Assembly (NCBI GenBank): GCA_018830295.1
Contig: JAHJSM010000002.1
Location: 14,598-78,597 of the forward strand
Direction: 5' to 3'
Source: Patescibacteria group bacterium
Lineage (GTDB): Bacteria > Patescibacteriota > Minisyncoccia > Portnoybacterales > UBA2143
Length of the DNA: 64,000 bases
The notes beneath the pieces were generated by a model, which worked only from the letters and a program-made list of their open reading frames with translations, was not told the DNA's origin and ran no database searches. Made by a program: the position numbers and the translations under genes. Below, piece by piece: positions 56,840 through 64,000 of this stretch; positions within the stretch are counted from its first letter, which is position 1, and every line of letters begins with the position of its first letter.

Positions 56840-57568
56840 ATGAATAAAAAAGAAATCAAAAATATTCCTAATCATATTGTTGTTGTCCCTGATGGCAATC
56901 GGCGTTGGGCTAAGAAGCGAGGGTTGTCTCCTTGGGAGGGGCATTTGGAGGGAGCAAGAAATACGGAGAAATTAGTAGAGGCGGCTTTTGATATGGATAT
57001 TAAATGTTTTTCTTTGTGGGGAAGTTCTTGGGCGAATTTGACCGAGCGGCCTAAGGCGGAAGTGAAGGCGCTTGTGAAAATATATGAACGATATTTTCGC
57101 AAATTGATTAAGAATAAGAAAATTTATCAAAATGGCGCGCGCGTTAATATTATCGGACGGTGGCGCGAGGTTTTGCCGGAGAAATGCGCGCGAGCGGCCG
57201 ATGACTTGATTAAGGCGACCAAAGACCATAGCGAGCGGTTGCTTAATATTTTTATCGCCTATAACGGCACTGATGAAATGTTGGCGGCGATTAAAGATAT
57301 TGTCAAGGAAGGGCGAGAGAACAAGGGGTTGAAAATTACGGGCGCCTTGCTTAAGAAGCATCTTTGGAGCGGGGATTTGCCGTTGGTTGATTTTTTAATT
57401 AGAACGGGGAGCGGGGACGACCCGCATAATAGCGCCGGGTTTATGATGTGGGGTTGCGCTAACAGCCAATTGTATTTCGCGAAGGAATTTTATCCTGATT
57501 TTGACGAGAAGAAGTTCACGGCGGCGGTTAATGATTTCGCAAAAAGACAAAGGCGTTATGGAAAATAA
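56840..57568 (+). CDS. uppS: Undecaprenyl diphosphate synthase
   Basis: PNHIVVVPDGNRRWA, DFLIRTG, YPDF. Confidence 0.92.
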   Translation: MNKKEIKNIPNHIVVVPDGNRRWAKKRGLSPWEGHLEGARNTEKLVEAAFDMDIKCFSLWGSSWANLTERPKAEVKALVKIYERYFRKLIKNKKIYQNGARVNIIGRWREVLPEKCARAADDLIKATKDHSERLLNIFIAYNGTDEMLAAIKDIVKEGRENKGLKITGALLKKHLWSGDLPLVDFLIRTGSGDDPHNSAGFMMWGCANSQLYFAKEFYPDFDEKKFTAAVNDFAKRQRRYGK

Positions 57569-58616
57569 AAATTTAAAATTATTTAACGAGGTTTTAGGGA
57601 GATATCGGCGGGGGATTGATTTGGAAATTGAAAGATTTTTTGGGCGGAAGATTAAGGAGACAGGACTTATTTCCAAATCGGCGGCGGAGACGATTAAGGT
57701 TTTGCGCGAGTTTAATTTAAGGGGCGGCAAGAGAGCGCGCCCTGTTTTAGTTATCGTTGGATATTTTTTGGCGGGCGGGAAGGATAAAAAAGCGATTTTG
57801 AAAGCGTCGCTCTGCGTGGAGTTGGTTCACAATTTCTTTTTAATTCATGATGACATTATTGACCGAGACGAAACAAGGCGCGGGAAGCCGTCTCTTTACG
57901 CTTTTTACAAAAAGAAATTTGGCGGCGATTTGCATAAGGGGATTTCTTTCGCTCTGATAGCGGGCGATATTAGCAATGTTTTGGGATGTCAGATTTTGAC
58001 GGAAAGTGATTTTGACGAAAAAAATAAAACGCGGGCGTTGGGTATTTTAAATAAAACAATTGAGGGGACTTGTCATGGGGAAATGCTGGAAATGTTTTTG
58101 AAAGAGAAAAAGAATATAAGCGAGGGTGAGATAGAAAGTGTTTTAAGGCATAAGACGGCATATTATTCTTTTGCCGCTCCGCTTAAAATAGGCGCGGCTT
58201 TGGCGGGAGGGAGCGCGCGGCTTTTAGAGAAGTTGGAGCGGTTTGCTTTGCCAATTGGCGTCGCTTTTCAAATTCAAGATGATATTTTAGGAATTTTTGG
58301 CTCGCGGGAGAAAATAGGCAAGCCGATTTGTTCAGACATCAGGGAGAGCCAGCCAAATCTTTTAATTTTTAAAACGATCGCTTTTACAAAGGGAAACCCT
58401 TTAAAGAAATATTTGGGCAAGCAGGAAATTAGCCGGGGTGATGTTGTCGCGATAAGGCGGATAGTTAAGGAGAGTGGCGCTTTGGATTATTGTCGCGCGA
58501 AGGCGGAGGGATTGATTGAAGAGGCAAAAGCGATAATCGCGAAGATTGATATGCCGCGCGAGGAGAAAGAGTTTCTTTTAGGGCTGGCGGATTTTGTAGT
58601 AAGAAGGGAGATGTAG
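57558..58616 (+). CDS. Polyprenyl synthetase (GGPP synthase-like)
   Basis: GGKRARP, LIHDDIIDRDETRRG, KT, FQIQDDIL; likely start MENK at 57558. Confidence 0.92.
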   Translation: MENKNLKLFNEVLGRYRRGIDLEIERFFGRKIKETGLISKSAAETIKVLREFNLRGGKRARPVLVIVGYFLAGGKDKKAILKASLCVELVHNFFLIHDDIIDRDETRRGKPSLYAFYKKKFGGDLHKGISFALIAGDISNVLGCQILTESDFDEKNKTRALGILNKTIEGTCHGEMLEMFLKEKKNISEGEIESVLRHKTAYYSFAAPLKIGAALAGGSARLLEKLERFALPIGVAFQIQDDILGIFGSREKIGKPICSDIRESQPNLLIFKTIAFTKGNPLKKYLGKQEISRGDVVAIRRIVKESGALDYCRAKAEGLIEEAKAIIAKIDMPREEKEFLLGLADFVVRREM

Positions 58617-58623
58617 TTAAGAC

Positions 58624-58656
58624 GGGAGCAGCCCCCGAAGACGGAGGACTGCCCCC
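58624..58656. repeat. Degenerate REP-like family A doublet
   Basis: TAAGAC-GGGAGCAGCCCCCG-AAGA-CGGAGGACTGCCCCC. Confidence 0.65.
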
Positions 58657-58678
58657 TTTTCCGCCTACTTTTAATTTT

Positions 58679-59308
58679 ATGGAAAAACTGATTAACCAAC
58701 TTATTCGAGACGGGTATCTAAAAACCCCTGGGATTATTGACGCTTTTCGGGAGATTCGACGAGCTGATTTTGTTCCCGCGGAGATTATTAGGGAGCAGGG
58801 TGAGGATTTTGTGAATGAATATAACGCGCCTTTGTCAATTGGTTTTGACCAGACGATTTCTCAACCGCTGACAGTCGCTTTTATGTTAGAATTGCTTCAG
58901 CCAGAGGAGGGACATAATGTTTTGGATGTTGGTTCAGGTTCGGGATGGCAGACGGCTTTGCTTTGTCAAATTGTCGGCGCTAAGGGATTTGTGAACGCGA
59001 TTGAGTTTATTCCCAAATTAAAAAAGTTTGGAGAAAACAATATTAAGAAGTATAATTTTAATAATGTTAAGTTTACTTGCGGCGACGGCTCAAAGGGGCT
59101 GGGAGAGAAAGCGCCTTTTGATAGAATTATCGCCGCCGCTTCAGGGAAGAAGATACCGCAGGCCTGGAAAGAGCAATTGAAAATTGGTGGGCGATTGGTG
59201 GCGCCGGTTGAAAATAGCATTTGGCTTTTGGTTAAAAAAAGCGCGAGGAAGTTTGAAGAGAAGGAATATCCGGGATTTGCTTTTGTCCCTTTGGTGACAG
59301 GGAAATGA
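58679..59308 (+). CDS. pcm: Protein-L-isoaspartate O-methyltransferase
   Basis: QTISQP, VLDVGSGSGW, APFDRI, FVPL. Confidence 0.93.
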   Translation: MEKLINQLIRDGYLKTPGIIDAFREIRRADFVPAEIIREQGEDFVNEYNAPLSIGFDQTISQPLTVAFMLELLQPEEGHNVLDVGSGSGWQTALLCQIVGAKGFVNAIEFIPKLKKFGENNIKKYNFNNVKFTCGDGSKGLGEKAPFDRIIAAASGKKIPQAWKEQLKIGGRLVAPVENSIWLLVKKSARKFEEKEYPGFAFVPLVTGK

Positions 59309-59409
59309 GTCGGTGAAAAACCGCGTTTAAATTTTTTTGAACGCTTTAGCCCTAAAGGGCGCCCCACGCGTATCAAAAAAATCTAAAATGCTTTGCCCCC
59401 TATGATTAT

Positions 59410-60366
59410 ATGAGTACTAGGTTTTTTTTATCATCTGTTCTTTTGATATTCGTTTTGGGCGGATTGTTTTTGGCTTTGGTTGGTTTTCAATTTAATATTC
59501 CTCTTGAGAGAGAGCCAACGGAGCAGGGGTTTGTTGTTAAAAAAGGGGATAGTTTAAGGATGATTGCCGCTGATTTGGAAAATGAGGGTTTGATTAGGGA
59601 CAAGATTTGGTTTGTTGGTTATGTTCTTTATCAGGGCTGGGCGGCTAAATTACAGGCGGGACAATATATTTTGAGCCCTTCTTTAAATATTAAACAAATC
59701 GCCGAGAAAATGGCGAAGGGAGAGGCGATTTCGCAAGATGTTGAAATTACTATTCCCGAGGGATTTACTTTGAAAAAAATAGACGCGCGTTTGGCAAAGG
59801 CAGGTCTGATTGAGGCGGGCGAACTTATAATATATCCAAAGTTAGAGGGGTATTTGTTTCCGGATACTTATCGTTTTAATGTCGCGAGCGAGTTGAGGGA
59901 TATTGTTTACAAAATGAAGGATAATTTTGATAAGAAGTTGGATAATAGTTTACGGGCTGAAATCAAGAAGCAAGGGAAAACGGTTGAGGAAGTTGTGATT
60001 ATGGCGAGCATCCTTGAGAAAGAAGTGAGAACTGACCGAGATAGACGAATTGCTTCGGGGATTTTTTGGAGGCGGCTCGGAAACAATTATCCTTTGCAGT
60101 CCTGCGCGACAATCGCCTATATTTTAGACGAGGATAAGTGGCGTTATTCCACGGAGGATACAAAAGTTGATTCGCCGTATAATTCGTATCAGAATGTCGG
60201 TTTGCCGAAGGGGCCGATTTGCAACCCGGGGCTTTCGGCGATTCGCGCCGCGATTAACCCGCAGGAGAATGATTATAATTTCTTTTTATCAAAGCCAGAC
60301 GGAGAAACGGTTTTTAGCAAGACATTGGATGAGCATAATATGAATAAGGCGAAGTGGTTGGAGTAA
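59410..60366 (+). CDS. mltG: Endolytic transglycosylase MltG
   Basis: ITIPEG, LEGYLFPDTY, ASILEKE, SPYNSY..GLP.GPICNPG. Confidence 0.93.
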   Translation: MSTRFFLSSVLLIFVLGGLFLALVGFQFNIPLEREPTEQGFVVKKGDSLRMIAADLENEGLIRDKIWFVGYVLYQGWAAKLQAGQYILSPSLNIKQIAEKMAKGEAISQDVEITIPEGFTLKKIDARLAKAGLIEAGELIIYPKLEGYLFPDTYRFNVASELRDIVYKMKDNFDKKLDNSLRAEIKKQGKTVEEVVIMASILEKEVRTDRDRRIASGIFWRRLGNNYPLQSCATIAYILDEDKWRYSTEDTKVDSPYNSYQNVGLPKGPICNPGLSAIRAAINPQENDYNFFLSKPDGETVFSKTLDEHNMNKAKWLE

Positions 60367-60372
60367 AAAACT

Positions 60373-60915
60373 ATGACTAAAAATTTAAACAAAAAGATAG
60401 CGATGGTGATTGCTTTTTCAGATTTTAAGGATGAGGAATATTTTATTCCGCGGGAGATTTTTGAACGGGCGGGGGTTGAGGTCGCGACGGTTAGCAACAA
60501 AAGTGGAATGGCGCGCGGGGTGAGCGGGGCGGAGGTGGCGGTTGATGTTAAGTTAGATAATTTGGAAGTGGCGGATTATGACGGGGTGGTTTTCGTGGGT
60601 GGTTCGGGATGTTTGGAAAATCTTGATAATGAGTCGTCATATAGTATCGCGCGGGAGGCGGTTGAGCGGGGCAAGGTTTTGGCGGCGATTTGTATTTCTC
60701 CTATTATTTTAGCCAAAGCGGGTGTTTTGGAAGGAAAAAAAGCGACGGTTTGGTTTGACCCTTTGTACAAGGAACCGATTAAAATTCTTAAGGAAAATGG
60801 AGCTGTCTATCAAGAAAAAAGTGTTACCGCGGACGGAAAAATAGTCACCGCCAACGGACCGCAATCAGCAGAGGATTTTGCGGAAGCGGTGTTGGAGGTC
60901 TTGACAAGGGATTAA
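60373..60915 (+). CDS. DJ-1/PfpI family protein
   Basis: FKDEE, VFVGGSG, AAICISP, VTANGP. Confidence 0.9.
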   Translation: MTKNLNKKIAMVIAFSDFKDEEYFIPREIFERAGVEVATVSNKSGMARGVSGAEVAVDVKLDNLEVADYDGVVFVGGSGCLENLDNESSYSIAREAVERGKVLAAICISPIILAKAGVLEGKKATVWFDPLYKEPIKILKENGAVYQEKSVTADGKIVTANGPQSAEDFAEAVLEVLTRD

Positions 60916-60949
60916 AAAAGGATTAGGGTGGAGATAATAACAAATGAAT

Positions 60950-61035
60950 AGCCATAGACAATAGGCAGGCGATAAGTCCTATCGAGGTAAAGAAGTTTTG
61001 GGATTTTTGGTCTGTCTATGGTTGACGGACTTTTT
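60950..61035 (+). promoter_or_regulatory. Ribosomal protein L10 leader
   Basis: CCATAGACAATAGG..TCCTATCGAGG..TGTCTATGG upstream of rplJ. Confidence 0.7.
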
Positions 61036-61037
61036 TT

Positions 61038-61556
61038 ATGATTACAAAAGAAAAGAAAAAGGAAATTGTGGATGGTTTGACGGATAAACTTTCGCGGCAG
61101 ACAGCGGTTGTTTTTTTTGATTATACTGGACTGAAAGTTAATCAGGTTCAGAAATTGCGCGAGAAGTTGAGGGGGGAAGAAATAGATTGTCAGGCGAGCA
61201 AAAAAACATTGATTGATTTGGCTTTGGGCAAGGCAGGATTAAGCGGAGTTAAGATTAAGGATTTACCCGGGCAGGTCGCGATGGTTCTTGGGTATAAAGA
61301 TGAGGTTGCGCCGGCTAAGATTTTGTATGATTTTTCAAAAGGTAATGAAAATTTGAAGATTTTGTCTGGTTTTGTTCAGGGAGAGTATTTGGGAAATGAT
61401 GCGATTTTAAGTTTGGCTAAACTTCCGTCTAAGCAAGAATTGTTAGGAAAATTGGTTGGCAGTATCGCGTCGCCTTTGTCGGGCATGGTTAATGTTTTGC
61501 AGGGCAATTTGAGAGGATTAATTTGTGTATTAAAACATAAGGGATTAAAAGCGTAG
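61038..61556 (+). CDS. rplJ: 50S ribosomal protein L10
   Basis: DYTGLKV..LREKLR, KKTL, LAKLPSKQEL. Confidence 0.95.
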   Translation: MITKEKKKEIVDGLTDKLSRQTAVVFFDYTGLKVNQVQKLREKLRGEEIDCQASKKTLIDLALGKAGLSGVKIKDLPGQVAMVLGYKDEVAPAKILYDFSKGNENLKILSGFVQGEYLGNDAILSLAKLPSKQELLGKLVGSIASPLSGMVNVLQGNLRGLICVLKHKGLKA

Positions 61557-61607
61557 GGCTTGAAATTAAATTTCAAGTTTTAGTTTGTAATTTCTATAAT
61601 AAAAAAA

Positions 61608-62039
61608 ATGACTGAAGAAAAAAAAGTAGAAGAAAAAGTTGAAGAGAAAGTTGAAGTTCCAGCGAAGTTTAAGGACTTAGTCAAACAGATTGAGGAATTA
61701 AGCGTTTTGGATTTGGCAGAATTGGTTAAGGTTTTAGAAGAAAAGTTCGGCGTTAGTTCTACTCCGATGATGGCGATGCAGGCGGCGGGCGGAGCGGCAG
61801 CGGGCGGAGAAGCCGCGGCGGAAGAAAAGAGTTCTTACAATGTGGAATTGAAAGCCGCGGGCGAACAGAAAATTTCTGTGATTAAGGCGGTTAAAGAAAT
61901 TACGGGATTAGGTCTTAAAGAGGCCAAGGATTTAGTTGATGGCGCGCCGAAAATGATCAAAGAAGGCGTCAAAAAAGAAGAAGCCGAAGAGATGAAGAAG
62001 AAGTTAGAAGAAGCAGGCGCGGTGGTGGAGTTAAAATAA
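61608..62039 (+). CDS. rplL: 50S ribosomal protein L7/L12
   Basis: [32 protein letters not shown]. Confidence 0.97.
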   Translation: MTEEKKVEEKVEEKVEVPAKFKDLVKQIEELSVLDLAELVKVLEEKFGVSSTPMMAMQAAGGAAAGGEAAAEEKSSYNVELKAAGEQKISVIKAVKEITGLGLKEAKDLVDGAPKMIKEGVKKEEAEEMKKKLEEAGAVVELK

Positions 62040-62057
62040 TCTAATAGCAAAAAAAAT

Positions 62058-62633
62058 ATGGCTAAGGAAATTTTGGAACAACTTTTTGACTCTCCGGTCA
62101 AAGTAAAACTTCTGAAGCTGTTTTTGAGGAATCCTGAAAAATCCTTTGAGTTAAAGGAAATAGTTGAGCGCGCGAAGACCGATGTTTCGGCTTCGCGTCG
62201 GCAGGTGGCAAAGTTGGAAAGTATTAAGCTCATTACCTGTCGATTAAAAAACAAAAAGAAATTGTATTCAATCAATCCTGATTTTGATTTTTACAACGAA
62301 TTAAAGACGCTCGTTTTGAAATCTAGTCCGGCGTCTAAAAATAAAATATTAAAGCGGTTAAAAATACTGGGAAGAATTAACTTGGCTGTTCTTTCCGGTA
62401 TTTTTGTTAACGCGGAAAACGCGCGCGTTGATATAATGATCGTGGGTGATAACATTAAACAAAGCAGATTGTCGGTTTTCATGAAAGACCTGGAAGCGGA
62501 AGTCGGCAAGGAAATTGATTATGTTGTTTTATCCACGGAGGACTTCAAATATCGCTACGATATGTTTGACCGGTTCATCAAGGATGTTCTTGAAAAACCG
62601 CACGAGAAGTTGATCAATAGGTTGAAGTTGTAG
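62058..62633 (+). CDS. Winged-HTH plus degenerate nucleotidyltransferase-like protein
   Basis: LFDSPVKVKLLKLF, VDIMIVGD, GKEIDYVV. Confidence 0.7.
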   Translation: MAKEILEQLFDSPVKVKLLKLFLRNPEKSFELKEIVERAKTDVSASRRQVAKLESIKLITCRLKNKKKLYSINPDFDFYNELKTLVLKSSPASKNKILKRLKILGRINLAVLSGIFVNAENARVDIMIVGDNIKQSRLSVFMKDLEAEVGKEIDYVVLSTEDFKYRYDMFDRFIKDVLEKPHEKLINRLKL

Positions 62634-62634
62634 G

Positions 62635-62706
62635 GGGCGCATGGCTCAATGGTAGAGCGTCGCGTTCACATCGCGAAGATCTCTGGTTCGATCCCAGATG
62701 CGCCCA
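62635..62706 (+). tRNA. tRNA-Val(CAC)
   Basis: GGGCGCA/TGCGCCC-A; TCGCG-TTCACAT-CGCGA; TCTGG-TTCGATC-CCAGA. Confidence 0.92.
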
Positions 62707-62723
62707 CGTAACTTAATTAAGAC

Positions 62724-62822
62724 GGGGACAGTCCCTCGCCGCGAGGGACTGTCCCCTCGGGATGGGAATAAGGTTGTGCGGCGGAGATGGGGGCTGCCCC
62801 CGCCGCGGGGGCAGCCCCCATC
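62724..62822. repeat. Two REP-like family A doublets
   Basis: GGGGACAGTCCCTCG-CCG-CGAGGGACTGTCCCC and GATGGGGGCTGCCCCCG-CCG-CGGGGGCAGCCCCCATC. Confidence 0.88.
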
Positions 62823-62969
62823 GGTGAGATAGCCGTTTTTATAAAACGGCTGTTTTTATTTCTAAAAAATTGGACAGACATTGACTTTTGTGTTGCGATA
62901 TGGTAAGTTGGCTGGAGTTGACAATTTGTACTTTGATAACTAAATAACGAATTGAAAGGGGGTAGAATT

Positions 62970-63251
62970 ATGTTTGCGCAATTTATTATAACTAGCGTTT
63001 TGGTAATTGGAATTGGTTATCTTCTTTGGAAGTATGTTGGCAAACCGTATATTAAAAATTATGGTATTGATGAAGAATCTACAGAAGATGATTTGCCGAC
63101 TCTCCAGAGAAAGATACGAGAGCTTGAATGGAAAAAGGCGGAGATAATATCTTTGACGCAAGAAATTGAGACGACGGTTAATCTTAATGAAATTAATGAT
63201 CAACTTGCTGAGCTTCGCGTTAATCTTGCGAATCTTGAATCAAAACAATAA
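62970..63251 (+). CDS. Small TM plus coiled-coil protein
   Basis: ATG at 62970 after GGGG SD-like sequence; TM helix then heptads. Confidence 0.7.
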   Translation: MFAQFIITSVLVIGIGYLLWKYVGKPYIKNYGIDEESTEDDLPTLQRKIRELEWKKAEIISLTQEIETTVNLNEINDQLAELRVNLANLESKQ

Positions 63252-63266
63252 AAGGAGGATAGACCG

Positions 63267-64000
63267 ATGGAAGGGAAAATAGGAAAAAATCAAATCAAAA
63301 TAGCAGTAGTGGTAGTAACGGTGATATTATCTCTTTTGTTTGGCAGTAAGATCTTTGAAACTGTTAAAAAAGGGACATACCAAATCAAGCAGGCGGCTGT
63401 TACCGGCAAAATGAGCGCCAAAATGGTTCCTGGTCTTTGGCTCCAGCTATTTGGAGATATTCAAGTTTGGCCAAAGGCAGATACTTTCTATTTTACTGCT
63501 GATAGTGAAGAAGGAGAAGGTAAGGACCAAAGCATAGAGGTAAGGTTTAACGATGGGTCTTTGAGTAGAATTTCAGGAACTGTCAGAATAACCATGCCGA
63601 CTTCAGAAGAACAAGTTTTATCGCTCATAACAGAGAAGGGATACAAGAGTTTTGTAGATTTAGAGCAAAAACTCATACTTCCGCATGTTAGAAATTCTTT
63701 GCGTTTAGCGGCTAATCTAATGTCTGCAAGGGAGTCCTATGCCGAGAAAAGACCAGATTACATCAGTTGGACATGGGATCAAATACAGAATGGGGTCTAT
63801 AAAACAAAAGAAGAGGAACGTAAGGTTAAAGATCTTCTTAGCGGAGAAGAAATAACAAAATTGTTTAAAACTATCAAAGAAGATAAAGACGGTAATCCGC
63901 TAAGAGAAGTCAGTCCCTTGGATGATCTTGGAATTATAATTAGTAATTTCGAGGTTAAAAAGTTTATTTATTCAGATAAGGTTCAAGAACAGATAGCTAC
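63267..64000 (+). CDS. SPFH/band-7-like membrane protein (partial, runs off window; not in ORF track)
   Basis: AGGAGG SD; MEGKIGK..TM..QIKQAAVTG..PGLWLQLFG..IEVRFNDG. Confidence 0.7.
   Translation, partial: MEGKIGKNQIKIAVVVVTVILSLLFGSKIFETVKKGTYQIKQAAVTGKMSAKMVPGLWLQLFGDIQVWPKADTFYFTADSEEGEGKDQSIEVRFNDGSLSRISGTVRITMPTSEEQVLSLITEKGYKSFVDLEQKLILPHVRNSLRLAANLMSARESYAEKRPDYISWTWDQIQNGVYKTKEEERKVKDLLSGEEITKLFKTIKEDKDGNPLREVSPLDDLGIIISNFEVKKFIYSDKVQEQIA

Noticed and set aside
59318-59392. Imperfect AT-rich inverted repeat between pcm and mltG as a MITE
   Set aside because: Single copy in the window and no visible target-site duplication
6427-62822. GC-rich palindromes as a CRISPR array
   Set aside because: Dispersed, no regular spacers, no cas genes in the window
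333-63676. Numerous short antisense or nested ORFs in the supplied track
   Set aside because: Shadow frames of well-supported genes with no independent motifs

Overview
AT-rich bacterial chromosome segment that looks like Patescibacteria/CPR (Parcubacteria-like). This is an inference from the short EF-Ts, C-terminally shortened AlaRS, short RF1, archaeal-type TyrRS and CPR-style surface proteins. About 1-34.5 kb and 56.3-64 kb are housekeeping genes: rlmN, dapL, alaS, a MacAB-like ABC exporter, mnmA, trpS, prfA, rpmE, rpsB-tsf, a tRNA cluster with tyrS and rpmG, uppS, mltG and rplJL. GC-rich REP-like palindromes are scattered through these parts. A ~21.7 kb integrative element (34564-56279) sits in the 3' end of tRNA-Trp, bounded by a CTGCCA core. 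Its attP lies inside its own serine recombinase gene, so integration swaps the enzyme's C-terminus. The element has no recognisable Rep, relaxase or capsid gene but is rich in structured non-coding sequence: a ~650-nt densely paired region with a 10-bp kissing loop, two covarying copies of a ~140-nt GAAA-tetraloop/receptor motif I do not recognise, and a small gene whose transcript ends pair with each other. Other highlights are a group I intron in tRNA-Thr(GGU), an archaeal-type tRNA-Tyr/TyrRS pair, a REP palindrome read in-frame as the linker of a two-domain glycosyltransferase, and two genes with internal deletions. All structures were found by eye; no searches or folding programs were run.
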